This document shows positions 30,262 to 39,361 of a DNA stretch of 64,000 nt, piece by piece. Both the position numbers and the translations under genes were made by a program. A model generated the notes under the pieces. It did no database searches, was not told where the DNA came from, and saw only the letters and a list, made by a program, of their open reading frames with translations. Each line of letters starts with the position of its first letter. Within the stretch, counting starts at the first letter, position 1. Source of the DNA: Spirochaetia bacterium (lineage in GTDB: Bacteria; Spirochaetota; Spirochaetia; SZUA-6; Bin103); NCBI GenBank assembly GCA_965203905.1, contig CBDBDQ010000005.1:7584001-7648000 (forward strand), in the 5' to 3' direction.

Positions 30262-31491
30262 ATGCCAGCACCTACACTGACTGCCAACGGCGGCGCGGCC
30301 GCGCCTTCCTACCCGCCGCTCGACGAGGTACGCCGGACGCTGCGCGTCCGGTGGTACCGCAGCCCCATCGATCCGGCCGTCCTGCGCAACCTCATGCGCC
30401 GGAGCGATCTCAAGGGACTGGCGCAGGTCTTCGCCTCCCTCGGTCTGGTCGCGGCCAGCGGAGTGCTGACCTACCTGCTGTTCGAGCGGCAGCTCTGGGC
30501 CGGCTTCGCGGCGGCGCTGTTCCTGCACGGCACCATGGCCAGCCTGTACGGCTCCGCCAACCACGAGTTGACGCACGGCACCGTGTTCCGCAGCAAGTGG
30601 CTGGGGCGCCTATTCCGGCGCGCGTTCGGCCTGCTCACCTGGTTCAACCCCTACGACTACGCGCTCAGCCACACCTACCACCACCGCTATACCCTGCACC
30701 CGATGGGGGACCGCGAGGAGGTGCTGCCGCACGCACCCGCGTTCCGGGTCCTGTACGTGCTGCAGCTCCTCACCTTCAACGTCACCGGCGGGCCGCACAC
30801 CAGCGGGTTGATGCCGGTACTGCGGATGACCCTCAGAACCGCGCTCGGCCGACCCCTGTCACGCTACGCCGGCGGCAACGGGAAACGCGACAAGATGGAG
30901 TGGATGGCGGCGATCTACGCCGGGCATCCGGAGGAACGGCGCAAGTCGGTGCGCTGGGCGCGCACGGTGCTGCTGTTCCACGGCGCAGTGCTGGCGGCCG
31001 CGATCTTGTTCCAGCTCTGGCTGCTGCCGGTGCTGATCAGCCTGGCGCCGTTCATCGCCAACTGGTGGCGCTACCTCACCCACCTGCCCATGCACTGCGG
31101 GCTGCGCACCAACGTGCCGGACTTCCGCAAGTGCACCCGCACCATCAAGCTGGATCCGGTGAGCACCGTGCTGTATTCGCACATGAACTGGCACCTGGAG
31201 CACCACATGTACGCCGGCGTGCCGTGCTACAACCTGCGCAAGCTCAACAAGGTGATCGCGGCCGACCTGCCGGAACGCAAGTCGCTGGTGGGCGCGTGGC
31301 GGGAGATGCGCGCCATCTGGCGGCAGCAGTTGATCGATCCGGACTATCAGTACGACATGCCGCTGCCACCGTCCGCCAAGCAACTCGACGAGTCCGCCCC
31401 CGCGCGCGGCGCGCCCGCCCGCACCTTGGGCACGGGCGAGGAACTGCGCGCATCGATCGGCGACTTGGCGCCCGCGGCGATAGCGGACTGA
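30262..31491 (+). CDS. Fatty acid desaturase-family di-iron protein
   Basis: His boxes HELTH, HTYHH, HLEHH. Confidence 0.9.
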   Translation: MPAPTLTANGGAAAPSYPPLDEVRRTLRVRWYRSPIDPAVLRNLMRRSDLKGLAQVFASLGLVAASGVLTYLLFERQLWAGFAAALFLHGTMASLYGSANHELTHGTVFRSKWLGRLFRRAFGLLTWFNPYDYALSHTYHHRYTLHPMGDREEVLPHAPAFRVLYVLQLLTFNVTGGPHTSGLMPVLRMTLRTALGRPLSRYAGGNGKRDKMEWMAAIYAGHPEERRKSVRWARTVLLFHGAVLAAAILFQLWLLPVLISLAPFIANWWRYLTHLPMHCGLRTNVPDFRKCTRTIKLDPVSTVLYSHMNWHLEHHMYAGVPCYNLRKLNKVIAADLPERKSLVGAWREMRAIWRQQLIDPDYQYDMPLPPSAKQLDESAPARGAPARTLGTGEELRASIGDLAPAAIAD

Positions 31492-31518
31492 CCCCCGGCG
31501 CCAGGGCCAGGCCCAGGC

Positions 31519-33678
31519 TCAAGGGACCAGGCCCGAGGCGACCATAAGGACCGGATACCAGGCGAGCGAGACCGCGACGATGGTGTAGTGCACGCGGTCC
31601 AGCCATTGCCACCATTTTTCCCGCCATGGGCTGCGCCATCTCTCCGTCCACGATTGGAACGCCAGATACAGCACGTACACCGTTGCCGCGGCGGTAAGGT
31701 AGGGAAGCACAAACAGCAGCCGGACCCACGGGTAGTAGCCGAAGTTGCGCACCACCTCGCCCGTCATCCACGTCCGCTCGCCGGCGAGAACGGAAGACAC
31801 GGGCCAGGGCAACCCCTGGGACGGCGCCAGCGTCGAGAACGAAAGCAGGACGTCCCACCCCGCTCCCGCCGCGAACGAGAATCCCGCGCTGACCACGATG
31901 ACGGCGGCGGCAGTAAGTCGCGGGTGGCCACTCGCCCGCGCAGCCGGCCCCGCGCCGGTACCGACCTGCCGGATCACGGCTGCCAGCGGCCAGAGGATCA
32001 GTGCCGAAAGCTGGAGCACCTGGATCAGCAGCACGCCCAGTGCCAAAAGAACCTTGCGCAGGGGGCCGTCGTGCCACACGAACGAAACCGGCGTAGGCCG
32101 TTTGAGGTAGATCGTGCGAAACCCGGAGTCTGAGCAGTCCGGCGCTGGATCGGCGCCTGGTACGTTCAGGAACGTTCCGACCAGGGCGCGGCCGCACTGC
32201 GTATCGATTCCCACGCCGTGGCCTCCCATCGGCACCACGTACGAATGACTGCGACTCAGCGTTTCCGCCGCCAGGTCGGCCCACCGCGGCGGGGTGATCG
32301 GGTCAAACTCACCGGACAGCAGGAGGGTGGGGACGGAACTCGCAACCGGCGCTCTGTCCATGGGCTCGGTTGCCGGGTCATGCCAAGCCGCGCACAGGGC
32401 GGGAATCAGATCCACCGCCTCGGGATCGGCGATCCGTGGGTGAGCGGCCGAATCCGCCAGGACCCCGGACAGGTCGTCGAAGCCTCCCTCGGCGTGGCAG
32501 AGCAGCGCCGCCCACGCCGCCGAGTTGTCGAACATTGGTCCCCATCCACTCATCGGTTGGATGAATGCGTCGGCGACCGCGTGGTCTCCGCCAGCGATCC
32601 GGTGTACGAGGAACGGCAGATACGGAGTCCACGAGTTGCTGCGCAGCGACTCCTCCATCCTCCGCACCATGAAGTGACCGTCGACTTCCACCTCGTACCA
32701 CTCCGATGAGTCGTGGTTGTGTTCCATGATGGTGGTCGGGTGTGCCGTGTAGCGGCCGACAACCTGCCAGAACTCGCGTTTCAGATCGGGATGGCGCCGG
32801 AAGCACTCCGGGTCTGCTTCGCAGCGGCGAAACAGCGCCTCCAACGCGGATGCTGCGTTCGCGTGCCGGGCTTGGGCGACGTTCACCTGCGGTGGCCACA
32901 CGCCATCCAGAACTGCGCTACGGACGTGGTCCGGATAGTCACGCATGACAGTGAGCGCCGGCAGGGTGCCGAAGGAGCTGCCAAAGAGGTTGTAGGTCTG
33001 GTAGCCCATGGCCGTTGCAAGATCGGCCACGTCCGCCGCGATCGCTTCCGGCGTATAGGCGCCCATGTCGATGCCCTGCTCCGACAGGGAACGCTTGCAT
33101 GCCAGCAAGGCGTCCACTTCCCGTTGCACCTCGTCCGGATCCAGACCGAGCGCGGGCAGCCCCGTTCTCCGGCGGTAGTAGACCGGGCACTCCAGCCGCG
33201 GCTCGGAGCGCCCGATGCCGCGCTGGTCCAGGAGGATGAGGTCGCGTTCCTCCCAGATGAACCGCGTATCGGCGATGAACGCCTGATCGCCGAACACGGC
33301 AGCTGCTTTGTGAAGGGCGCTCTCCCCTGGACCGCCTGCCAGGTAGATCACCGGATCGGGGCGCGGCGAGGGAACGGATCCGCGCAGCCGGGCCACTGCA
33401 AGCTTGATCACGTAGCCGTCGGGCTTGGCGCGGTCCTCGAGCACCGTCAAGAAGCCGCAGTCGACCTGCGCACCACGAGTCCGGCTGAACCAGACCGAGC
33501 AGTCGGTCGCGACGAACTCCGGCTGCGTGAACGGCGTGGCCGGGGGCGGCTCCTGCTGCGCCTGCGCCGCCGCTGCCACCAGGACCAGGGCCGACAGCGC
33601 CGGCAGCGAAACCCGCCCGAGGCCACCGCAGCAGACAACTATGGCAGGCATCTGCAGCGAGCGACTTCGGACTTGCAT
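31519..33678 (-). CDS. TAP-like alpha/beta hydrolase with C-terminal membrane helices; start uncertain
   Basis: YLAGGPG, DQRGIGRS, GSSFG nucleophile, GEFDPITPP, GGHGV; upstream TTGACA-17-TAGCGT. Confidence 0.85.
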   Translation of the reverse strand: MQVRSRSLQMPAIVVCCGGLGRVSLPALSALVLVAAAAQAQQEPPPATPFTQPEFVATDCSVWFSRTRGAQVDCGFLTVLEDRAKPDGYVIKLAVARLRGSVPSPRPDPVIYLAGGPGESALHKAAAVFGDQAFIADTRFIWEERDLILLDQRGIGRSEPRLECPVYYRRRTGLPALGLDPDEVQREVDALLACKRSLSEQGIDMGAYTPEAIAADVADLATAMGYQTYNLFGSSFGTLPALTVMRDYPDHVRSAVLDGVWPPQVNVAQARHANAASALEALFRRCEADPECFRRHPDLKREFWQVVGRYTAHPTTIMEHNHDSSEWYEVEVDGHFMVRRMEESLRSNSWTPYLPFLVHRIAGGDHAVADAFIQPMSGWGPMFDNSAAWAALLCHAEGGFDDLSGVLADSAAHPRIADPEAVDLIPALCAAWHDPATEPMDRAPVASSVPTLLLSGEFDPITPPRWADLAAETLSRSHSYVVPMGGHGVGIDTQCGRALVGTFLNVPGADPAPDCSDSGFRTIYLKRPTPVSFVWHDGPLRKVLLALGVLLIQVLQLSALILWPLAAVIRQVGTGAGPAARASGHPRLTAAAVIVVSAGFSFAAGAGWDVLLSFSTLAPSQGLPWPVSSVLAGERTWMTGEVVRNFGYYPWVRLLFVLPYLTAAATVYVLYLAFQSWTERWRSPWREKWWQWLDRVHYTIVAVSLAWYPVLMVASGLVP

Positions 33679-33765
33679 CGGTGCTTCCCGTTGCGATAGG
33701 GGACTCACGCTAGCCGGCGGCTCGCCGGGTGTCAAGCTGCCGCTCTGCCAGGTCTGCCAGGGACG

Positions 33766-34923
33766 TTACGCGTCTACCCGGTAGCGTTCGAGGATGCGGC
33801 GGTCGGGGTCGAAGCCGATGCCGTGTGCGGTGGGAATGGTGAACACCATGCCGGGGCCGACCGCGGGCGGGGTCAGGTTGAGCTCTTCGCGCAGCGGGTT
33901 GTAGGTGCGGTCCAGCTCCAGCAGCGGTTCGCGCGGCGCCAGCCCCGGCGGGCAGGGCGCGATCATCGCCAGCGCCTGCAGCGCGGCGGCGACGGCGATG
34001 CCGGTGCCCCAGACGTGGGTGATGCAGCGCACGTGGGCGGTGTCGGCCAGGTCGGCGATCTTGAGCAACTCGGTGAGCCCGCCGGCGGCGCAGCAGTCGG
34101 GCTGGACGATGTCGGCGGCCTCGTGGCGCAGCAGCTCGGCGAACCCCCAGCGGCCGAACTCCGCCTCGCCGGTGGCGACCGCGATCGGCGACTCGCGCCG
34201 GAAGCGGCCCAGCCCGCGCAGGTCCTCGGGGATCAGCGGCTCCTCGAACCAGTCGATCTGCAGCGGCTCCAGCCGCCGGGCCACCTCCCGGGCCGTGGCC
34301 CGGTCGTAGGCGTGGTTGGCGTCGACCATGATCCGGATCTCCGGCCCGACCGCCGCGCGCACCGCCTGCACCACCGTCACGTCATCGTCGATCCCGAACC
34401 CGATCTTCACCTTGAGCGCCGTGAAGCCCGCCGCCACGTAGCGCTGCGCCTCGTCCACCAGCAGCGGCGCCTGCCCGGTCAGGCTGCCGGCCGCGCGCTT
34501 GCGGTAGAACCCGGTGGCGTAGGCGGCGACCTGCTGCCGGTAGTTGCGCCCCGCCAAGCGGTGGCACGGTACCCCAAAGTGCTTGCCCGCCAGGTCCCAC
34601 AGGGCGATGTCCACCGCGCTGAGCGCCTCCAGGGCGGTCCCTTTGCGGCCGTGGTCGCGCATCGCGTTGTACAGCTCCAGCCACAGCGTCTCGCGGTCGC
34701 GGGCGTCGCGCCCGAGCAGGATCGGCGCGTACACTTCGTCGATCAGCGCCGCGTTGGTGGCCGGCGGCCCGAACGACTCGCCGTAGCCGACCGCGCCGTC
34801 GGCGGTCTCGATCTCCAGCACCAGGGAGCGCCGCGTGCGATACCACGCCTGCGAGTAGGCGAACACCTCGCCGTCCGGCAACTCGACGCTGAGGATGATC
34901 GGGCGTACGTGGGCAATCTTCAT
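33766..34923 (-). CDS. Mandelate racemase/muconate lactonizing enzyme family (galactarolactone cycloisomerase-like)
   Basis: DIALWDLAGK, KVKIG, MVDANH, WFEEP, ATGE, VQPD. Confidence 0.9.
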   Translation of the reverse strand: MKIAHVRPIILSVELPDGEVFAYSQAWYRTRRSLVLEIETADGAVGYGESFGPPATNAALIDEVYAPILLGRDARDRETLWLELYNAMRDHGRKGTALEALSAVDIALWDLAGKHFGVPCHRLAGRNYRQQVAAYATGFYRKRAAGSLTGQAPLLVDEAQRYVAAGFTALKVKIGFGIDDDVTVVQAVRAAVGPEIRIMVDANHAYDRATAREVARRLEPLQIDWFEEPLIPEDLRGLGRFRRESPIAVATGEAEFGRWGFAELLRHEAADIVQPDCCAAGGLTELLKIADLADTAHVRCITHVWGTGIAVAAALQALAMIAPCPPGLAPREPLLELDRTYNPLREELNLTPPAVGPGMVFTIPTAHGIGFDPDRRILERYRVDA

Positions 34924-34955
34924 CGCTGAGAATATAGTGAACCATAAGGAACGGC

Positions 34956-36128
34956 ATGATCGAGAGCTTCGACTACTTCTACGGCGGTCACGTGGCGATG
35001 ACCGAGCTGGGGTTCGCGGGACGGCGCGTGGACGACCGGGTGGAGTCGGACCGCCACCTGGCCAGCGTATTCGACGAGACGGTGGCGATCGCCGAGCTGA
35101 TGGAGCCGCTGCACTACGACACGCTGTGGCTGGCGGAGCACCACTTCCAGCGCGAGGGCTACGGCTGCGTCGGCAACATCCCGCTGTTGAGCGTGCACCT
35201 GGCCGGCAAGACCGAGCGCCTCAAGTTCGGCGCCATGTTCAACACCGTGCCCGCCTGGCATCCGCTGCGGCTGGCGGAGGACTTCGCAGTCGCCGACATC
35301 CTCACCGGCGGGCGGGTGCGCTTCGGCATCGGCCGCGGCTACATCAACCGCGAGGTGGAGACCCTGGGCGCGGCGCTGGATGACGATGCCGCCAACCGCG
35401 AGCTGTTCGAGGAGCAGGTGGAGATCATCTTCAAGGCCTGGAACGAGGCGAGCTTCGCGCATCGCGGCACCCACTACCGGCTTCCCCCGCCGGTCCGCCA
35501 CCGCGAGCAGGAGCTGAATGAAATCACCCTGGTGCCGCGCCCGCGGACCCTGCCGGTGGAGTGCTGGCAGCCGATCTTCAGCGCCAGCCCGCGGGGCATC
35601 GAGTTCATGGTCCGGCACGGCATCAAGGGGGTGGTGCCGGGCGGCGCGCGGGTGGAAGAGATCGCCCGCTCCTGGCAGGCCGCGCTGGCTGCGAACGGGC
35701 GGGCGACTGACCTGGGGGAGGACCTGGCGCTGGTGCTGCAGGTGGTGATGGCCGACTCCCAGGAGCAGGCGCTGCGGGAGGCATCCACCTGGTTCGAGGA
35801 GCAGCTCAAGGTGCTGGCGCCCCTGGGCAGGATGCCGTTCCTTACGCAGGAGCAGGTGCTGGCCACCTACGATCCGCACGCCGCGCCGCGGGCCGGCCTG
35901 CCCACGGCGCGCGACCTGGTGCGCGACGGCGCCTGGATCTGCGGCCCGCCGGAGCACGTGTACGAGCGCCTGTGCGAGTACCAGGAGCGGCTGCCCGGAC
36001 TGCGCCGGGTGTCGGTGGGCGCCGGCGCGCTGGGGATTCCTCCGGCGGCGATCCGCGAGACGATCGCCCGCTTCGGCGCCGAAGTGCTGCCGCGGTTCGC
36101 CGTGGCCGCGGGCGCGACGACCGGTTGA
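34956..36128 (+). CDS. LLM class flavin-dependent oxidoreductase
   Basis: WLAEHHF, WHPLRLAEDFA..DILTGGR..GIGRGY. Confidence 0.92.
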   Translation: MIESFDYFYGGHVAMTELGFAGRRVDDRVESDRHLASVFDETVAIAELMEPLHYDTLWLAEHHFQREGYGCVGNIPLLSVHLAGKTERLKFGAMFNTVPAWHPLRLAEDFAVADILTGGRVRFGIGRGYINREVETLGAALDDDAANRELFEEQVEIIFKAWNEASFAHRGTHYRLPPPVRHREQELNEITLVPRPRTLPVECWQPIFSASPRGIEFMVRHGIKGVVPGGARVEEIARSWQAALAANGRATDLGEDLALVLQVVMADSQEQALREASTWFEEQLKVLAPLGRMPFLTQEQVLATYDPHAAPRAGLPTARDLVRDGAWICGPPEHVYERLCEYQERLPGLRRVSVGAGALGIPPAAIRETIARFGAEVLPRFAVAAGATTG

Positions 36129-36908
36129 ATGGAGGCCAAACGCGAGGACTACGCGGCGCGCGGCTACTTCATCGAGCGCGGCCTGATTCCGGCTGCCACC
36201 GTGGAGCGGCTGAAACGCCGGATCGCGGCGGCACTGGAGGTCGGCAGCCTGGACGACGTGGAATTCGACGCAGCCCGCGCCGGCGGCGACGATCCGATGG
36301 GGCCGGAACGGTTCCGCAAGGTGTCCGGACTGTGCCGGCGCTACCGCGAGGTGTGGAACGAGTTCGTGGCCGCCCCGCGCGCCATCGCGCTGGACCGCGA
36401 GCTGGTGGGGGACAACGTGCGGCAGTGGTTCAACGCGGTGTTCACCAAGCCGGCACGGGTGGGCGAGGAGACCCCCTGGCACCAGGACATCGGCCTGTGG
36501 ACCCAACGCCCTGCAACGCGCTGCCTGCGCCCGCTCTACCGCGACGCCCTCAGCTTCTGGGTGGCGCTCGATCCCGCCACGCGCGAGAACGGCTGCCTGC
36601 AGGTGGTGCCCGGCTCGCACCGCGGTCCGGTGGTGGACCATGTGCAGTACCCGGACGCGGTGCACGTGGAGCTGCCGCGCGGGTTGACCGGCGACCTGAC
36701 CACCAACCACGTCCCGCTGGAGCCGGGCGACGCGATCATCTGGCACGCCCACCTGTGGCACTTCAGCCCGCCGAACCGCAGCGACCGCAACCGCTGGGCG
36801 ATCGCCATGGTGACTCTGCGCGACGCCGATGCCCGCGGCGCCGGGCGCGACGACCTGCCGTGGCTGGTGCGCGACGGGAAGCCACAGCCGTTTCCCGGAG
36901 GCCCATGA
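36129..36908 (+). CDS. Phytanoyl-CoA dioxygenase (PhyH) family 2OG-Fe(II) oxygenase
   Basis: TPWHQD, ENGCLQVVPGSH, WHFSPPNRSDRNR. Confidence 0.9.
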   Translation: MEAKREDYAARGYFIERGLIPAATVERLKRRIAAALEVGSLDDVEFDAARAGGDDPMGPERFRKVSGLCRRYREVWNEFVAAPRAIALDRELVGDNVRQWFNAVFTKPARVGEETPWHQDIGLWTQRPATRCLRPLYRDALSFWVALDPATRENGCLQVVPGSHRGPVVDHVQYPDAVHVELPRGLTGDLTTNHVPLEPGDAIIWHAHLWHFSPPNRSDRNRWAIAMVTLRDADARGAGRDDLPWLVRDGKPQPFPGGP

Positions 36909-37732
36909 CCGCGTCGCTATTCAGCGAGACCCTGGCCGCGCTGCCGGTTGCCGAGGCGATCGCCGCCACCGCCCGGCTCGGCTTCCCCGCGATCGAGCTG
37001 CTGTGCGCGGCGCCGCACCTGGACCACGCGAGGGCGCGCCGCGACGCCGCCGACGCCGCCGCCCGAATTCGCGACGCGGGCCTCGCCGTGTCCGCGCTGT
37101 CGCTGCACAACAGCTTCACCGAGCGCAGCGGGTTGGCCGAGCAGCTCCGCCACGCCGGTACCTTCATCGAGCTGGCCGCGACCTTCGATACCGGCCTGCT
37201 GCAGCTGGATCCGGGCCGCCCGACCGCCCAACTTGCCGCGCCGGACCACTGGGACTGCCTGCGTGGCGCAGTACGCGAGCTCGCCGCCATGGCGCGAGAC
37301 GCGGGCGTGAAGCTGGCCTTCCACACCACCATGCACCAGATCACCAGCACCCTGGCCGGGGCCGAACGCTTCCTCGAGTGCGCCCCGGAGGACTGCATCG
37401 GGGTGACGGCGGACTTCGCCAATCTCAGGATCAACGGCGCCGACCCGGAGCAGGTGATCGCCCGCCTCGGCGGCCGCATCCTGCATACCCACATCAAGAA
37501 TGGCCGGGTTGCGGCGGACAGTACCTGGCTGTTCTCGCGCCTGGACCGCGGGCTGCTGGACTACACCGAGCTGCTGCCGCGGCTGCACGCCGCCGGCTAT
37601 CGCGGCTACCTGTCGATCGAGAGCATCGGCCGCAACGCGCGCAAGTACCCGGCGCCGGAAGCGGAGCGCGCGGCCGCAACCGACCTGACGCTGCTGCGGG
37701 CGTACCTGGAGCAGGCGGGGATCGAGGGCTGA
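36905..37732 (+). CDS. Sugar phosphate isomerase/epimerase (xylose isomerase-like TIM barrel)
   Basis: GFPAIEL, DFAN, HTHIKN, GYRGYLSIE; ATGA overlap. Confidence 0.8.
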   Translation: MTASLFSETLAALPVAEAIAATARLGFPAIELLCAAPHLDHARARRDAADAAARIRDAGLAVSALSLHNSFTERSGLAEQLRHAGTFIELAATFDTGLLQLDPGRPTAQLAAPDHWDCLRGAVRELAAMARDAGVKLAFHTTMHQITSTLAGAERFLECAPEDCIGVTADFANLRINGADPEQVIARLGGRILHTHIKNGRVAADSTWLFSRLDRGLLDYTELLPRLHAAGYRGYLSIESIGRNARKYPAPEAERAAATDLTLLRAYLEQAGIEG

Positions 37733-38688
37733 TGCAGATCCCCGGGATCGACCGGCCGCTCTCGGCCCTGGCGCTGGGGAGCCACTACTACCGGCTCGCC
37801 GACGGTGACCACTGGCACCGCCTGATGGACCACTACCTGGAGGCCGGCGGCACGCTGCTCGACACCGCGCGCAGTTACGCGGAGAGCGAACAGGTAATCG
37901 GCCGCTGGCTGGCGCAACGGGACGTGCGGGAGCGGCTGGTGCTGCTGACGAAGGGGGGCCACGGCCAGCGGCACGGCGTGATGGAGGGCGAGTTCGGGGC
38001 CGTCATCGAGGCCGAGCTCGACACCAGCCTGGAGGTGCTGGGAGTCGAGCAGGTGGACCTGTACCTGCTGCACCGCGACAGCCTCGCCTGCGACGTGGGC
38101 ACGATCATCGAAACGCTGAACCGGGAGCTGCGGCGCGGACGGGTACGGGCGCTCGGGGCATCCAACTGGGAGTACGGCCGCATCGAGCAGGCCAATGCCT
38201 ACGCGCGCGACCGCGGCCTGCAGGGGTTCTCGGTGATCAGCAACCACCTGGCGCTGGCACGGCCGGCGGAACCGTTCTGGCCGGGACTGGTGGCCGTGGG
38301 GCCGGACGGATGGGGCTGGCACCGGCGCACCGGCATCCCGCTGCTGGTGTTCTCTGCCCAGGCGCGCGGCTTCTTCTCCGGCCGCTACGGGCCGCACCAG
38401 CGTGCCGCTGCACCCGGTACCCTGGACCCGTACGACGCGCGGATGCTGGAGGTGTACGGCAGCGACGCCAACTTCGCCCGCCTGCAGCGGGCGCGGCAAC
38501 TCGGCCGGGAGAAGGGCGGCTACTCCGCCACCCAGGTCGCCCTGGCCTGGCTGCTGCACCAGCCGCTGCCCTTGATCCCGATCGTCGGTCCACGCAACCG
38601 CGAGGAGCTGGCGGCCTCGTTCGCGGCCCTGGAGCTGCGCCTCACCCCCGCGGAGGCCAGCTGGCTGGAACACGGAGTGATCCGGTGA
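37732..38688 (+). CDS. Aldo/keto reductase
   Basis: LDTARSY, TKGG, DLYLLHRD, GASNW, QVALAWL; TGATG overlap. Confidence 0.9.
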   Translation: MQIPGIDRPLSALALGSHYYRLADGDHWHRLMDHYLEAGGTLLDTARSYAESEQVIGRWLAQRDVRERLVLLTKGGHGQRHGVMEGEFGAVIEAELDTSLEVLGVEQVDLYLLHRDSLACDVGTIIETLNRELRRGRVRALGASNWEYGRIEQANAYARDRGLQGFSVISNHLALARPAEPFWPGLVAVGPDGWGWHRRTGIPLLVFSAQARGFFSGRYGPHQRAAAPGTLDPYDARMLEVYGSDANFARLQRARQLGREKGGYSATQVALAWLLHQPLPLIPIVGPRNREELAASFAALELRLTPAEASWLEHGVIR

Positions 38689-38786
38689 ACGTCCCTGATC
38701 CGACGGTAGACCATTTCAGCCAGTGCAACACACACGTTCGACGGATTGCAGATCGCATTCGCGAGCACACTCGCAGTTAATCGCGA

Positions 38787-39182
38787 TCAGCCCACTGCAC
38801 CGATGCGGCCGCCACGGAGATCGTTCATGCTATTCGCGACGTGTTGGCCTCTTCGTCCAACCTCCCGTCCTGGAATCTGCTGCCAACCAGATTCGAGTTC
38901 ACGCGCCGATTTCGTGTCTGGAGACAATTGCAACGTAGGTCGCAATGATAGTGCAGCCGCGATGTCCGAAATGGTTCTCAAAGTCAGATTCCTACCACCG
39001 CCGAACACTTGTGAAACAAAACCAGGGGTACGTCCAATCCGCTTTGCCAACTCGCTCTTCGTCACTCCAGCGTGCTCAAGTGCCTGAGTCAATCTATTGG
39101 TCACGTCCAGGATTAGTTCTTCCTGCTTTACTAGTCTTTCGAAATCCTTATCAGGTGTATCCAAGGAATCGTTTACATGCAT
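38787..39182 (-). CDS. XRE-family HTH protein (orphan antitoxin-like), low GC
   Basis: GVTKSELAKRIGRTPGFVSQVFGGGRNLTLRTISDIA; AGGAG RBS. Confidence 0.82.
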   Translation of the reverse strand: MHVNDSLDTPDKDFERLVKQEELILDVTNRLTQALEHAGVTKSELAKRIGRTPGFVSQVFGGGRNLTLRTISDIAAALSLRPTLQLSPDTKSARELESGWQQIPGREVGRRGQHVANSMNDLRGGRIGAVG

Positions 39183-39211
39183 CCTCAGACTCCTATTAAT
39201 CTGACTTGTCA

Positions 39212-39280
39212 CTACTTCTCATAATGAGAACCTAGAATCCTCACGGCTTTATCAAGGTCGCTATCCCGATGGACTTCCAC
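39212..39280 (-). pseudogene. Possible C-terminal remnant of a RelE/Gp49-like toxin
   Basis: Reads ..RDSDLDKAVRILGSHYEK* just upstream of the HTH gene. Confidence 0.4.
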
Positions 39281-39292
39281 ACCGCGGTCCAC

Positions 39293-39310
39293 ATTTACAT
39301 ATATGTAAAT
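39293..39310. promoter_or_regulatory. Perfect 18-bp AT-rich palindrome, putative autoregulatory operator
   Basis: ATTTACATATATGTAAAT upstream of the XRE gene. Confidence 0.65.
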
Positions 39311-39361
39311 ACACGTCTATCCCTTCTTTGGTCAAGCGATTGAAGGAATCTGAAGGATCTG

